This document shows, piece by piece, positions 1 through 11,276 of a stretch of DNA of 36,038 nucleotides; position 1 is the first letter of the stretch, and each line of letters begins with the position of its first letter. The translations under genes and the position numbers were made by a program. Under the pieces are notes generated by a model that saw only the letters and a list, made by a program, of their open reading frames with translations, was not told where the DNA came from and did no database searches. Origin of the DNA: Barthelona sp. PAP020 (lineage: Eukaryota); the NCBI GenBank assembly GCA_040182905.1, contig JARQWU010000087.1:1-36038 (forward strand), given 5' to 3'.

Positions 1-410
1 TTCAACAGATCAATCGGGCCTCGAAAGCCTTTAACCAAATAAACACTATTCTTTCTTATTCACTCATACGCACAGTGCTTCTTGGCTTGGAAATAATATT
101 TCTAATTCAATAAGACAAAAACAAAATATGAATGAACAAAAAAGAAAGGCATGTATTTATTTAGTTATTCAGATAATAGTTTTCAAGTTCTGATTTAATC
201 TTCTGAAAAATTTTAGATTTTCTAAGGTAAAATTTAAATTTAAAATTTTGCTTCTTTGCAAAAATACAAAATAAAAATGGTAAATATCTTCCAAAATTTT
301 CTTATCTCTGTTCTTCAATTTTGGTATTTAGAAAAAGATAATTATGTTTTAAATTTTACGCTTCTGGGTCTGGAAATATTGTTCTAATATTACAAAAAAT
401 CTCAAATGAA

Positions 411-2777
411 TTAGAAATTTAGTCTTTTATTTTTCAAAAGAAAAAAAAATTCTGTCATTTGTTTCGATTCCCACTTTAAAATTCTATTCTTGCAATGATT
501 TTCCTTAAGTTGTTTATTCTGTTGGTATTTCATCAATAATCTGTCATTATTATTCATATTTGTGATTAATTGTGACCAACTATTCTTAAAGAATTCCATA
601 TCATTGAGATCTTTGATAAATGCAGGCAAAAAAGCAGCAGTTTTCTTTGAAAGGGTATTATCATCAATAGTCTTTTCAAATACAGATAAATCCACCTCAT
701 GAACATTGGGAGTGAGCAGATGTCTGATAACGTTCTCGTTTGGCCAATTTTTTGGGAAGTTTTCTCTTTTTTTCCAAACTTTTTTTTCAACTCTGGTCAT
801 TTTCTTTTTGTTTTCTTCAAAATTAAAATTATCTTTTAAAATTGCTGAAATTTTGTTTAAAGCAATCCATAAATCATGCTTGGGGTCATCTGTTCTTGTT
901 TCAAAAAACTCACATGCCATTTCTAATGCTAAAACAGGACCAACTTGCTTAATACCATCACAATAATCACATCCTAAAAGAAGGGCTAAAAAAGCAATAA
1001 CACTCACATCAATTCCGTTATCAATGAGATCTCTTCTAGAATAACTATAACCAGCATCACTGAAACCATTCATTTTAAATATGTTTTGTGTCTTGTCGAA
1101 TAAAAGTGAATACAAAATAAGATCGGAATCAGTTGTAAGAACGCTTCCTTTGCTGGTAAAACAACATTGTGCATCAGCTTCATTTCTTGATTTTATGACA
1201 GGAATACTGACTGAATTTGCAAATTCCATCACCAAATCCATGTCAGTCAAAGTTGCATATTTTAGAAGAGCTGTTGGTCTACCCAACACAACACGATCGA
1301 GGTTATTAGATATCGTAGAAAATCTATCTTGTTCAAGCATATCATTATCTTTCAGCTTTCTAAGGATGCTTTCCTCAGTAACAGAATTATTGACAATTTG
1401 AAGCAGTTTAGAACGTGTTTCATTATCAAAATCATTGAAAGAAAGATGTTCTGGATTATTTTTTGTTTGATCTTCTTCTTCCACTTCCACATGTTCAGTT
1501 GAAACAAACGAATGATTTTTCAAGATTGAATTTTTTTTGAGGGAACCAACATCACTGTTTTTAAAGGATAAGGAACTGATTTGCATTGAAGTGTTTTCTG
1601 TGTAAGAAATTTCATCAAAAGCTTCATCATCATCAAAAGAATTGTCTGTGAAATCGCGGTCAATTTCATCTTCAGACATTTGTAATTCGTCATCGCTGAA
1701 AATTATATCCCCATCACTATGTTGAATTTTCTCAACAACGTTATCAGCAAATATCAAATTTTCCCTTGTTTTTGGATTTATAGGTTCTTCAGAATTTTCA
1801 ATCCCTTTTTCTTCTTCTTCAGGTTCTTTTTCATCTTCTGTATCTTCATCTTCAAAAAGATCGTTTAAGCTATCACTGTCATTAAACTGCTCATCTTTAT
1901 CAATTTTAATTGTATCGAAAGAATGAAGGCTTTCTTTGTTTATTCCATCAAAATTATCTCGTTTTTCCCCACAAAAATCAGTCAAAATTGGTTCTTGTTT
2001 TAAACTTACGTTAAAACAATCTTTATAGTCATCAAAACCATCTCTTTTTAATGCTCCACATATTTCATCCTCATTAACAATACATTGATTCCTTAATCGT
2101 TCAATTTCTGCACGCTTTTCATTAACCAACAGTATATTTGTAATTTGAGCCTTTGATATTTCAACTGGATTATTTAAAGCCAAAGGTAACCTACTCAATT
2201 CACGAACTTCAGTTAATTTTTCTTCAATTTCGATTCCATTTTTCCAAGCAAATCTTGGATTTAAAATAGTTGGACTTCCAAACAGTTTAGGACTTCCTAG
2301 TGTTGAAGGAGATGTTATAAAATCTTCTCTATCATCTTCTCGGTCTTCAAGTTCAATTTTTGATAATGTTTCTTCTTTCATATCTTTCTTTTCTTTAGCC
2401 AAATTAAGACGATTATTTAGCAACTTTTCTGCCATTTGCTTGACAGAATATTCAGAAATCATTGTCATTTTTTCATTATGAATGGCATGTTTCCTTGCTT
2501 TTTCAATCATCGCACGTTTTAACAATGTATTTTGTTTTAATATACTTGGTGGTCCTTCAAAAATTAAAATTGGATAAATATTAAACGATATTAGTCGAAT
2601 TAAACGTCGTATAATATGTTTTCCAACAGACTGATTAGAATTTGGAACATTTTTTGATAAAGTTAACTGATGAAACCAAATAGAAACATCAATAACCAAT
2701 ATTTTTTTGTGAAATGATATGATAGAATCAGGAATTCCAAATGGTTGGATAATTTTCCATAATTGATGAATTCCCAT
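411..2777 (-). CDS. RAD2: XPG/RAD2 family structure-specific endonuclease (nucleotide excision repair)
   Basis: N-domain MGIHQLW...IDVSIWFHQ...IFEGPPSILKQNTL, long acidic spacer, I-domain EADAQC...TTDSDL...LLGCDYCDGIKQVGPVLALE (H2TH). The long N-I spacer favours XPG over FEN1. Confidence 0.9.
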   Translation of the reverse strand: MGIHQLWKIIQPFGIPDSIISFHKKILVIDVSIWFHQLTLSKNVPNSNQSVGKHIIRRLIRLISFNIYPILIFEGPPSILKQNTLLKRAMIEKARKHAIHNEKMTMISEYSVKQMAEKLLNNRLNLAKEKKDMKEETLSKIELEDREDDREDFITSPSTLGSPKLFGSPTILNPRFAWKNGIEIEEKLTEVRELSRLPLALNNPVEISKAQITNILLVNEKRAEIERLRNQCIVNEDEICGALKRDGFDDYKDCFNVSLKQEPILTDFCGEKRDNFDGINKESLHSFDTIKIDKDEQFNDSDSLNDLFEDEDTEDEKEPEEEEKGIENSEEPINPKTRENLIFADNVVEKIQHSDGDIIFSDDELQMSEDEIDRDFTDNSFDDDEAFDEISYTENTSMQISSLSFKNSDVGSLKKNSILKNHSFVSTEHVEVEEEDQTKNNPEHLSFNDFDNETRSKLLQIVNNSVTEESILRKLKDNDMLEQDRFSTISNNLDRVVLGRPTALLKYATLTDMDLVMEFANSVSIPVIKSRNEADAQCCFTSKGSVLTTDSDLILYSLLFDKTQNIFKMNGFSDAGYSYSRRDLIDNGIDVSVIAFLALLLGCDYCDGIKQVGPVLALEMACEFFETRTDDPKHDLWIALNKISAILKDNFNFEENKKKMTRVEKKVWKKRENFPKNWPNENVIRHLLTPNVHEVDLSVFEKTIDDNTLSKKTAAFLPAFIKDLNDMEFFKNSWSQLITNMNNNDRLLMKYQQNKQLKENHCKNRILKWESKQMTEFFFLLKNKRLNF

Positions 2778-2877
2778 GTGATTTGAAATATTTAATAGCC
2801 TATTTAATCATTATATAAAGATAAAAATTATCTGAATGTTGGACATACATTTATAATTTAGTATTATCACACGATTT

Positions 2878-4479
2878 ATGTCCACACAAATATTATTATT
2901 AAATACTTCGAGTGATGAATCGTTACCCATAATAGTTTCAAAATATCCTAAACCATCAAAAAACAAAATAATTTTACAACATAAAACCGAAGGTAACGAA
3001 CATGAAATTGACAACATTTTTAATGAAACCTCAAAAATATTATCTGCAATTCATACTTTTTTAACTGAATCAACTTTAATGTCAGCTGAAATAATAAAAA
3101 TTCATTTTGACAAACCAATTGATTCAGACTATCAAATTTTTATGTATGAATTATCATTAGAATTTATTATGTGTGTGATTTTACCTGATCATGAAAATGA
3201 TAAAATTTTAAGGGAAGCCTTGTTGAGTCTATTTGATGTTTTAGATTTTGCTTTTGGAAAAGACTGGCGTTTTATTGATTTTTACATTGGTATTGATGAA
3301 ACGCCAAAAGATTGGGACAAAGTTTTTGATTTCTTATTAAACATTTGCGCGGGCAGTAGAGCTTATTCATACGAATCGCTTTTGTTTTGTAAACGTTTAG
3401 TTCCTTCTGTTATTGTGGAAAATAGTCATCATTTTACTTCTCTAATATCACAATTCCAGTATCACTGTTGTCAACAAATGTTAGATGTTGCTACTGCTGA
3501 AAATTTTGGAATAAGTGATTCTTTACCTCCCCAAGGGACTTTATCCAATGGTGCCATGTTGGTTCATCGTGGGGCAGTCATAATATCCACTTTGCCTTCT
3601 TTGTTGGACTTTCCTGTGTATAATACCATTCGTATGCTTGGTGGATTTACTGGAATTCGTGATGTCAAGTTGCAAACACATCGTATTGTGGTTCAAACAT
3701 CATTGTTTGGTAAAAGCACACGACATGTAGATACAGATCGATTTTCAATGGAATTGGGGGTTGATGATACTATGTTTAACTATGCTGATAAAATGAACAA
3801 AAATGATGATGTAGAGCAATTTGTTCTATCATGGGTCCGACAATTTGATTCAACCATCATTATGCTTTGGAAACCTTTACCTGAGTTTGCCAAATCATTG
3901 GATCCATTTCTTGTCAATGCGTCAAGGAGCTTTTTAGTTAAGATATTGCCTTCTAGAAGCATTCAGATAATAAATGAATCATTCGATAACAACATACCGT
4001 ATTTGGCTGGAGAATTTGGGGATTCTTTAAGTGAGTACATACAGCATTTGCCGAAAGAAATTTTTACCAAGGAGAATGAAGAGCCCAGACCTTCAAACAT
4101 ATGTTCCCCATTGTTACCAATAGGAACAATGACTTGGGTAGTATTAAACCAAAAAACACAAAGAATTTATTTTCCTACTGATTCCCCTTTGTTCCAATAT
4201 AAAGTTATTAAGTTACATCCATTGACTAAATCATTGAGAGAAAGTTTGTGCAAGTGTATATATGAACTGGGAAATAGGAGCAATATTATCAAAAGGTTCA
4301 ACATTAAAGGGATTACAGATGAACCTGATGAAGAATTTAGCTTTTGGATGCAAATATATCAAGATTTTGATACTGAATGCATATTCGGCTTTGTTTTTTT
4401 ATCTGTCATTCCCCAAAATATAAATCTTTTAGTTCATAAATTGACTTTTGGAACACAAATAGAAAACTCTTGGAGATAA
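2878..4479 (+). CDS. Inturned-like / CCZ1-INTU-HPS4 tri-longin domain protein (ciliogenesis CPLANE or Rab GEF subunit)
   Basis: 533-aa ORF. Segments 'FIMCVILP...LREALLSLFDVLDFAFG', 'GAMLVHRGAVIISTLP' and 'LDPFLVNASRSFL' resemble recalled INTU longin-domain motifs. No PDZ domain is apparent. Confidence 0.5.
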   Translation: MSTQILLLNTSSDESLPIIVSKYPKPSKNKIILQHKTEGNEHEIDNIFNETSKILSAIHTFLTESTLMSAEIIKIHFDKPIDSDYQIFMYELSLEFIMCVILPDHENDKILREALLSLFDVLDFAFGKDWRFIDFYIGIDETPKDWDKVFDFLLNICAGSRAYSYESLLFCKRLVPSVIVENSHHFTSLISQFQYHCCQQMLDVATAENFGISDSLPPQGTLSNGAMLVHRGAVIISTLPSLLDFPVYNTIRMLGGFTGIRDVKLQTHRIVVQTSLFGKSTRHVDTDRFSMELGVDDTMFNYADKMNKNDDVEQFVLSWVRQFDSTIIMLWKPLPEFAKSLDPFLVNASRSFLVKILPSRSIQIINESFDNNIPYLAGEFGDSLSEYIQHLPKEIFTKENEEPRPSNICSPLLPIGTMTWVVLNQKTQRIYFPTDSPLFQYKVIKLHPLTKSLRESLCKCIYELGNRSNIIKRFNIKGITDEPDEEFSFWMQIYQDFDTECIFGFVFLSVIPQNINLLVHKLTFGTQIENSWR

Positions 4480-4819
4480 TTAATGTTTTTTTCATTGAAG
4501 TTTTGAGATGTTGAAATATTATAGAATAAAAGTTTGTAAAGTCTTTGCCTTTTCTTTTTTTTTTTGGAACATAATTTTTGTTTGAAAGAAGTATCTTATT
4601 TTTATACCTTTAAAGGATATCTTTAAAGATAATACACATAAGTCAATTATTACATTGTTTGAAAGCACAAAAATCTTTTGAGTATAAACAAATAAAAAGT
4701 CCAAACAGAAATTCAACAATAGTATGAAATGGTAAATAAATTACCATAATTTGATTGAAAGTCCTCACAAAATGTTTAGTTTCTTTTTTTTTCATTATTT
4801 ACAATTATTAAACAAAAAA

Positions 4820-6203
4820 ATGTCAGCAGACGATGTTGTTTATTTTTGGCATAGTTATTTTATTAGATTTTAGCGATATATACTAATATTTTTTAGAAGA
4901 TGTTGGAAATTGTTACTATGGTGCTGAACATCCAATGAAACCTCATAGAATGAGATTAGCACATCATTTAATTTTGAATTATGGTTTGCACAAACATATG
5001 AGCATATATCGACCCAAACTTGCAACAAGAGAAGATATGTCTAAATTCCATTCCGATGAATATGTAGATTTTTTACGTAGTGCAACTCCTGATAATTTGG
5101 GAATATACGCAAAGCAAGCTGAACAATTTAATGTTATTGGTGAATGTCCCCTTTTTGATGGGATTTGGGAATTGCAAAGAATATGTGCTGGTGGTTCCAT
5201 TTGTGCTGCAAATATGCTGAATAATCATAAAGCCAAAGTGGCTATTAATTGGGCTGGTGGTTTGCATCATGCGAAAAAATCAGAAGCTTCAGGATTCTGT
5301 TACATTAACGATATTGTTTTGGGAATTTTAGAGCTTTTGAGATATCATAAACGTGTTTTGTATATTGATATTGATATCCATCATGGTGATGGTGTAGAAG
5401 AAGCATTCTATGCAACTGATCGTGTAATGACATTATCTTTTCACAAATACAAAAACTTTTTCCCTGGTACAGGTAATTTACATGATATGGGAACTGGAGC
5501 AGGCAAAAATTATACATTAAATTTCCCTTTGAAGGAAGGAATGGATGATACTGCTTATAAAACATATTTTAAACATGTTATTGATGAAGTCATGAAACAT
5601 TTTCGTCCCGGTGCCGTTGTTTTACAATGTGGTGCTGATTCTCTTGCGGGTGATAAGTTAGGTTGTTTTAATCTAACTTTAAATGGACATGGTTATTGTG
5701 TAGATTATATGAAAAAGTTCAATGTTCCATTAATGGTACTTGGTGGTGGTGGATACACTGCTTGTAATGTTGCAAGATGTTGGGCATATGAAACAGGGGT
5801 TTTATTGGGACAAGATTTGCCCAATGAAATTCCTACACATTGTTATTCAACTTATTACAAGCCAACAGGAAAATTACACATAAATGCATCAGATATGCGA
5901 AATGAAAATGAAGGTGAATACTTGCATGGTGTATATACTAAAATCGTTGAGTATTTAAGGGACTTAGAGTATGCACCATCTGTAGGAATGATTGAAGTTC
6001 CACCAGATACTATAGATATTACCAGAGATGAAAAAGCTGATGATTTTGATCCTGATATCAGACGGGAAATGGATTTAACTGGAAGAGACAAATTGAATGT
6101 GAAAGAATTATATGATCCCGAAGAAGATGCTGTCAATTCCAAGCCCCAATTTATCGACAAACCAGAAACAGAGCTGGACATTGAAACTAAAATGGAAATT
6201 TAA
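4820..6203 (+). CDS. RPD3: Class I histone deacetylase (Rpd3/HDAC1-like); exons 4820-4853 and 4897-6203
   Basis: Motifs HPMKPHR, GGLHHAKKSEASGFCY, DIDIHHGDGVEEAFY, QCGADSL and GGGGY are intact. Splicing out 4854-4896 restores the conserved N-terminus [29 protein letters not shown]. Confidence 0.96.
4854..4896 (+). other. 43-nt spliceosomal intron (phase 1) in HDAC
   Basis: GTTATT...TACTAATATTTTTTAG; removal joins ATG 4820 in frame to the main ORF and recreates the YF..xDVGNxYYG motif. Confidence 0.9.
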
Positions 6204-6585
6204 TAAATTTTACAAACGCCTGTTTTTCTTTTCAAAAGGTCATTGATTTTTGAATGTTGGAAATGAAAATTTCCACAGTGAAGTCCAAGATGTAAAAATG
6301 GATTTTTTTTTTCACTGTTTTTCTAGTTCGATGTATTTAACTCCTTTATTGTCACGTTAATGCAGTTCAAAACTTTTTCCTTTTTTAACACAAAAATAGA
6401 GAATTATTTTTCAAAGATTTCTATTGAAAAAAAGCCTTCTAGGTTGTCAGTTCGGTTTCCAAGAATTATGCATGATGTTTTGTGACATTTTGAAAAATTT
6501 TGAAACAGCAAAGAAAATCAACGAATTTTCAGTTACGTTTTCAGAGTTCAAATTTGTCAATTTTTTGTGGTTATGTTTTTGATTT

Positions 6586-7990
6586 ATGAAAACCGAAATT
6601 GACAACACGGAAGTAAACTTTAGTTATAGTTTGCCTGAACTGAATAGCCCTTATATGATACCATTAGATGAAGATTATGATGTTGATCCATCTTTATATA
6701 ATAATGAAATGGAATCTTCAATTAAGTCTTTGGAAGAATCGATGAAAAATGTTAAATCGGATGGTAATTATTTTGCAAAAAGTTCAGGTGCGACAATTCC
6801 ACAGACAACATTTAACAGTATTTATTTTTATTCATATAAAGTTTAAAACTAATATTTTAGCTGCCAATACTATGATTGGTTCAGGTACATTACTAATGGG
6901 ATATGCTTTTCAAAAAATGGGTTTTTTAGGGGGTGTATTTGCATTAATTGGAATTGGTTTTTTTTCATGGTATTCACAAAGACTAATTTTATTTGCTGCA
7001 AAAGGTTCCAAACGATTTACAATGCGTAGAATAATGCAAAGAACATTGGGAAATAAAGGGCGATTATTTAATGATGTATGTTATACATTTTACGGATTAT
7101 TGGTATGTACTGCATACGTTATTTTTGTGAATGATTTTATTTCGTCTCTATTAATAGCAATATTCGGTGAAAACCCTACTTTTCCCATAAATGACAAAGT
7201 TGTTACTTCTTTGATATTTTTATGTGTATGCTTACCATTAACATCAATGAAAAGTACAAAGAAGTTGTCCTTTACATCAATTCTATCGTTAATTTCAATT
7301 TTATATAGTAGTATTATTGTTATGATACGTTTAATTGATAAAGGGTTTATTGAAAATGGTAATTATGCTATTTTCAAATTTTCAGTTTCATTTTTTGAAG
7401 GAATACCTTCCATTATGTTTGGAACTTTTTCGCATATACAAATTTCTGAGTATTACAAAGAATTAAGGCACAGAAATGTTGGTACTATGGCAAAATGCAC
7501 TGGAAATGCAATTAAAATGGTATCAGTTGTTTATTTTTTGGTTGGATTTGGAGGTTATGGTACATTTGGAGATAACGTCAAAGATAATATTTTGAATTGC
7601 TATGATAATCGTGATACACTTGTAAATACAGCTAGATTCGCTATGGTCATTGTTATCATGTTTTCGTTTCCTTTAATTGGTTTTGTAACTAGAAATACCA
7701 TTGAATCTTTTATTCCAACTCAAACCAGCTTTATGAAACGATTTTTGGTAGCTTTATTAATGGTGGTTCTGTCTTTATTTTTTGGTTTTATGGTTCCATC
7801 GATATCATTTTTTATCAATTTATTCGGTATTACAGTTCAAGCTGCATATTTCTTTTTCATTCCATTTTTATTGGTATATAAATTGAGCTCAAAATTAGAC
7901 AGAAATTCCAAGATTGCTTTCTCCATTTTTATTCCATTAGGTGTAATTTTAACGTTGTTTTCTGGTATTCAGTGGATTTTATCGTTATAA
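6586..7990 (+). CDS. Amino acid/auxin permease family (AAAP; SLC38/AVT-like) transporter; exons 6586-6817 and 6861-7990
   Basis: Spliced product reads ...ATIPQTTFNTANTMIGSGTLLMGYAFQKMG, the typical TM1 motif. About 11 hydrophobic segments; GFGGYGTFGDNVKDNILNCY motif. Confidence 0.9.
6818..6860 (+). other. 43-nt spliceosomal intron (phase 1) in amino-acid transporter
   Basis: GTATTT...AACTAATATTTTAG; joins ORFs 6586..6846 and 6749..7990 into one reading frame. Confidence 0.9.
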
Positions 7991-8233
7991 TTTTAAAAGA
8001 AAAAGTTGTATTTATAAAAATTTTTCACTTTTCCTTTTTTTTTTGGACTGAGTTGCTGCCTTTATTTTGTTTCTATGTTTCCAAATAAAGAGAGTTTTTT
8101 TTTTTTAACAAATTCATCAAGAAAGAAAAAAGTAGTAATTGAAAAAGAACATTGAATAGTTTTCAAACAAAATAATATCTGCAGATAAAATGAAACAAAA
8201 TAGAGTAAAAAGAAACCAATTTTTTGTTTTATG

Positions 8234-10102
8234 TTATGCTTGTTGATTGGCAATGATGAGATTTGAAAGAGAATGAAGCAACACTAATTGGACATCTTCA
8301 ATTGTTTCATTTGAAACAAATTCAGTGCTACTAGGGGAAATTTTTATTCTGCTAATGAAATTGAAGAGGAAATGAATGTCATCTTTTGAGAATTGACAAT
8401 TGTTTGTTGAAAATAAATGTTTTGAATGTTTTAAAAGTGTAATTATCACAGCAAATATACTTTTTTTTGCTAAAAAGTTCTGTTGTTGAGTATCTAATGC
8501 AAACTCTCCAAAAACCTTTATAAATGCAATGAATTCTTCAATATTCTCCTTATTTAACTCTCTTTTAAAACTTTTGTACAATGAATAAAGCAATGGAACA
8601 ATATGACTGATTTCAAATGTCTTAGAACTTATATCTAAAGTTTCTCTAATATTACTAAACTTTTGTAACTTCTTACTGCTTAACAATAATAAAAATTCTT
8701 CATATATTTGATCATAAACAATCTTTTGATCACCCAAATTTTCAAATTCTGCTAAAAACATTCGAAATTCAATAGTTCCACTCCAACAATCATAATTTTT
8801 AATTACTTCGGCATTATCTTCTTTTTCTTCTTCTTCAACACAATCTTCTTCCTCTAAACTTTCTTCAAATATAAGATCAATATTTTTAAACATATCCAAA
8901 GGACATAAAACGTTTCTTTTCATCAAAATTTTCTTGCACTTTCTTTTTAATTCATCTTCTTGGAATAACAAAATTATTGAATGTAAAAAGTTCAACATAT
9001 GATCACCATTCTCCAATAAACATTCCTCAAAACATTCAAGAATGATTTTGTGGATAAATTCTTCAAAATTAATTAATCTATTTGTTTCATCGTTCAAATA
9101 CCAATGAAGCATACATTTATCTGTGTTGAATTCATTCTTCAATACAATTTTCAGTATTTGATTAATTGTCATACAAATACTTAAAGGACAATATAGAGGC
9201 AATAATTCAAAAACTAGATGATGGGTTCGATTAATAACACACAAAATTAATTCATAAGCTTCACCAAAACCTTCAAAAGTGGCATATTTGAGACCATTCC
9301 CAACATTTACTTGATTGGATAAATGATCAATCAAATGATGATAACTTTCAAGGGTAAGATCCATCGTATATATATCATAATCAAACATAAAAAGAGCAAA
9401 GAGCATTTCAGTCCAATTTAAGCAATATTTTCCTATCGTATCCACTTGTCCAAGACATATATTGAACATTTCAACAAGTTGCTTCAGTATATATTGTGAA
9501 TCAACACTCAAACTATAATTACGAAAGTATAATTCCGCACGATCGCATACGGTAGTGACTTTTTTCCTCCATTGTATATATTTTGTTCTAATATCAATTG
9601 TTTCTTCATGAAAAGGATGCAATTTTAACACTTCTACCATTGAAGTGATCAAATTTCTAGAATCAGGGGGAAAATTAACTTTTTCAAGAATATTTGTTAT
9701 ATCATCAAATTTTCCATGCAGTAAAAGTCGGAAAATTCTTTCCCAAAATGATTCTTCTAAAAAATTAAACAATTCATTATCATCAAAATCTGACAGTTCA
9801 AAAACATGATCAATCCATTGACCAAACGATCTGAGAAATGAATAATTTAAAGCATTTAATGATTTTTCATCGGATACTTGTAAACCTAAATAAAATGTAT
9901 GAATTAATTGAACAAAACTTTTGTAAACAATCATAGAATTATTGTCATCTTCTATATCTTTTATCATACAATCTATTTGTAATAATAAATCATTTGATAT
10001 CTGGTAAAGAATCGACAAATTGGAATGATATGTTTCAAATCGGGTCGTTTTTAATTTGGAACATAAATTGGCAAATACTATTAAAATTTGAGAATGGTTC
10101 AT
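8234..10102 (-). CDS. NUP85: Nucleoporin Nup85-like protein (5' end uncertain, possibly starts at 10190)
   Basis: 622-aa helical ORF. FWERIFRLLLHGKFDD, QWRKKV, EMFNICLGQVDTI and NWTEMLFALFMF follow the order of recalled Nup85 conserved blocks. Confidence 0.6.
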   Translation of the reverse strand: MNHSQILIVFANLCSKLKTTRFETYHSNLSILYQISNDLLLQIDCMIKDIEDDNNSMIVYKSFVQLIHTFYLGLQVSDEKSLNALNYSFLRSFGQWIDHVFELSDFDDNELFNFLEESFWERIFRLLLHGKFDDITNILEKVNFPPDSRNLITSMVEVLKLHPFHEETIDIRTKYIQWRKKVTTVCDRAELYFRNYSLSVDSQYILKQLVEMFNICLGQVDTIGKYCLNWTEMLFALFMFDYDIYTMDLTLESYHHLIDHLSNQVNVGNGLKYATFEGFGEAYELILCVINRTHHLVFELLPLYCPLSICMTINQILKIVLKNEFNTDKCMLHWYLNDETNRLINFEEFIHKIILECFEECLLENGDHMLNFLHSIILLFQEDELKRKCKKILMKRNVLCPLDMFKNIDLIFEESLEEEDCVEEEEKEDNAEVIKNYDCWSGTIEFRMFLAEFENLGDQKIVYDQIYEEFLLLLSSKKLQKFSNIRETLDISSKTFEISHIVPLLYSLYKSFKRELNKENIEEFIAFIKVFGEFALDTQQQNFLAKKSIFAVIITLLKHSKHLFSTNNCQFSKDDIHFLFNFISRIKISPSSTEFVSNETIEDVQLVLLHSLSNLIIANQQA

Positions 10103-10337
10103 CCACGATTCTCCACTAGATAAAAAAAAAATCTTTAGTTCTTCTTTCTTCTAATATCCATCTAATTTCTTCATATCTGATGGTAAACATTCAAATTTTA
10201 TGTTCTTATTAATCCATCTATCGGGAAAATTGGAAATTTTGCCTTTAATACAACCTAAAAAACTATGGGAAATAGAAAAAAAATAAAAACAAACATAAAA
10301 TTAGTTTTACAAAACAAAACAACATAAATTTTTGAAT

Positions 10338-11276
10338 CTAAAGGTCATTAACACTGTCAGATAATGATCTGGTATTTTCGCCTGGATTGTAAGGAGTTGT
10401 CAATTGTTCAGAAGGACGTGTGTTGGACATTGGACTTGAATTGTCCCTGGAAAAACCTTTCACTTTTTGGTACAACTTTGTTCCTCTAATAGTAGGAGAG
10501 TGTAAAGCATTACCAGTTTGACGTAATGCAGTTTGACTCAAAGGAGGAGATCTGAATTCGAGCTTATGTGAGTGATTCATTTCTAACTTTTGATTTCTTT
10601 TTTGTTGTTTGAGTACATTTCTTCTTTTTTCCTGATTTTTTAAAAGAGCTAGACTTTTTTGTTTCAATCTTTGATTCAAGAACACAGCTTCTTTCGCATG
10701 TTTTTCTTTAAGAGCGGCGATTTGTTTTTCTTTTTCCATTTCAAGGTTTTCTTGATGTCTTTCAAATTCTTTGGCTTCTAATTTTAATCTTCTATTGCGT
10801 AAAGCAGAACATTCAGCATAATTTTCAAGTTTTGCCAAATGTAATTCACTCTTTTCCATTTCTAACAATCTCACACTTTTTTTTAAAGATCTACGTGAAA
10901 GTTTTTCATCAAGTTCCTGTTCAAATTTGATCAATTCATTCGCTTGAGTTCTAAAAAGTTCTTCTTTTTTACCATTAATGAATTCTTCCAATTTTTCTTT
11001 TTCAAAATTACAATCTTCTTCAAATTGATTTTCTATTTGGATAAAAGCTTCATCAAATAAAGCCCTTTCAGTTTCTTGACGAGTATATTCTGCAGCCAAT
11101 TGTTCATGTTTCGATTGTTCCTTTAACTCAATAATTTGAGCTTTAATTCTTTTGGCTTCTTCATATTTAGCACTTCTCAACGCATTATCATGTTGTTGAT
11201 TTAAATTTTTTAAAGTTTCTTCCAAAACAGTGCTTAAATTACCACGAGGTATTCTTGACAAAGGTGATGTACTCAT
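10338..11276 (-). CDS. Uncharacterised coiled-coil protein with two UVR-like (xYxEAxxL) motifs
   Basis: 312-aa E/K/Q-rich heptad pattern; motifs SAKYEEAKRIKAQI and LENYAECSALRNRR. Confidence 0.75.
   Translation of the reverse strand: MSTSPLSRIPRGNLSTVLEETLKNLNQQHDNALRSAKYEEAKRIKAQIIELKEQSKHEQLAAEYTRQETERALFDEAFIQIENQFEEDCNFEKEKLEEFINGKKEELFRTQANELIKFEQELDEKLSRRSLKKSVRLLEMEKSELHLAKLENYAECSALRNRRLKLEAKEFERHQENLEMEKEKQIAALKEKHAKEAVFLNQRLKQKSLALLKNQEKRRNVLKQQKRNQKLEMNHSHKLEFRSPPLSQTALRQTGNALHSPTIRGTKLYQKVKGFSRDNSSPMSNTRPSEQLTTPYNPGENTRSLSDSVNDL

Noticed and set aside
1..113. Possible 3' end of an upstream CDS at the window edge
   Set aside because: Several short frames are open and none is recognisable; strand and frame cannot be determined.
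6586..6846. Separate 86-aa gene overlapping the transporter, or a programmed frameshift
   Set aside because: Explained by the 43-nt intron at 6818-6860.
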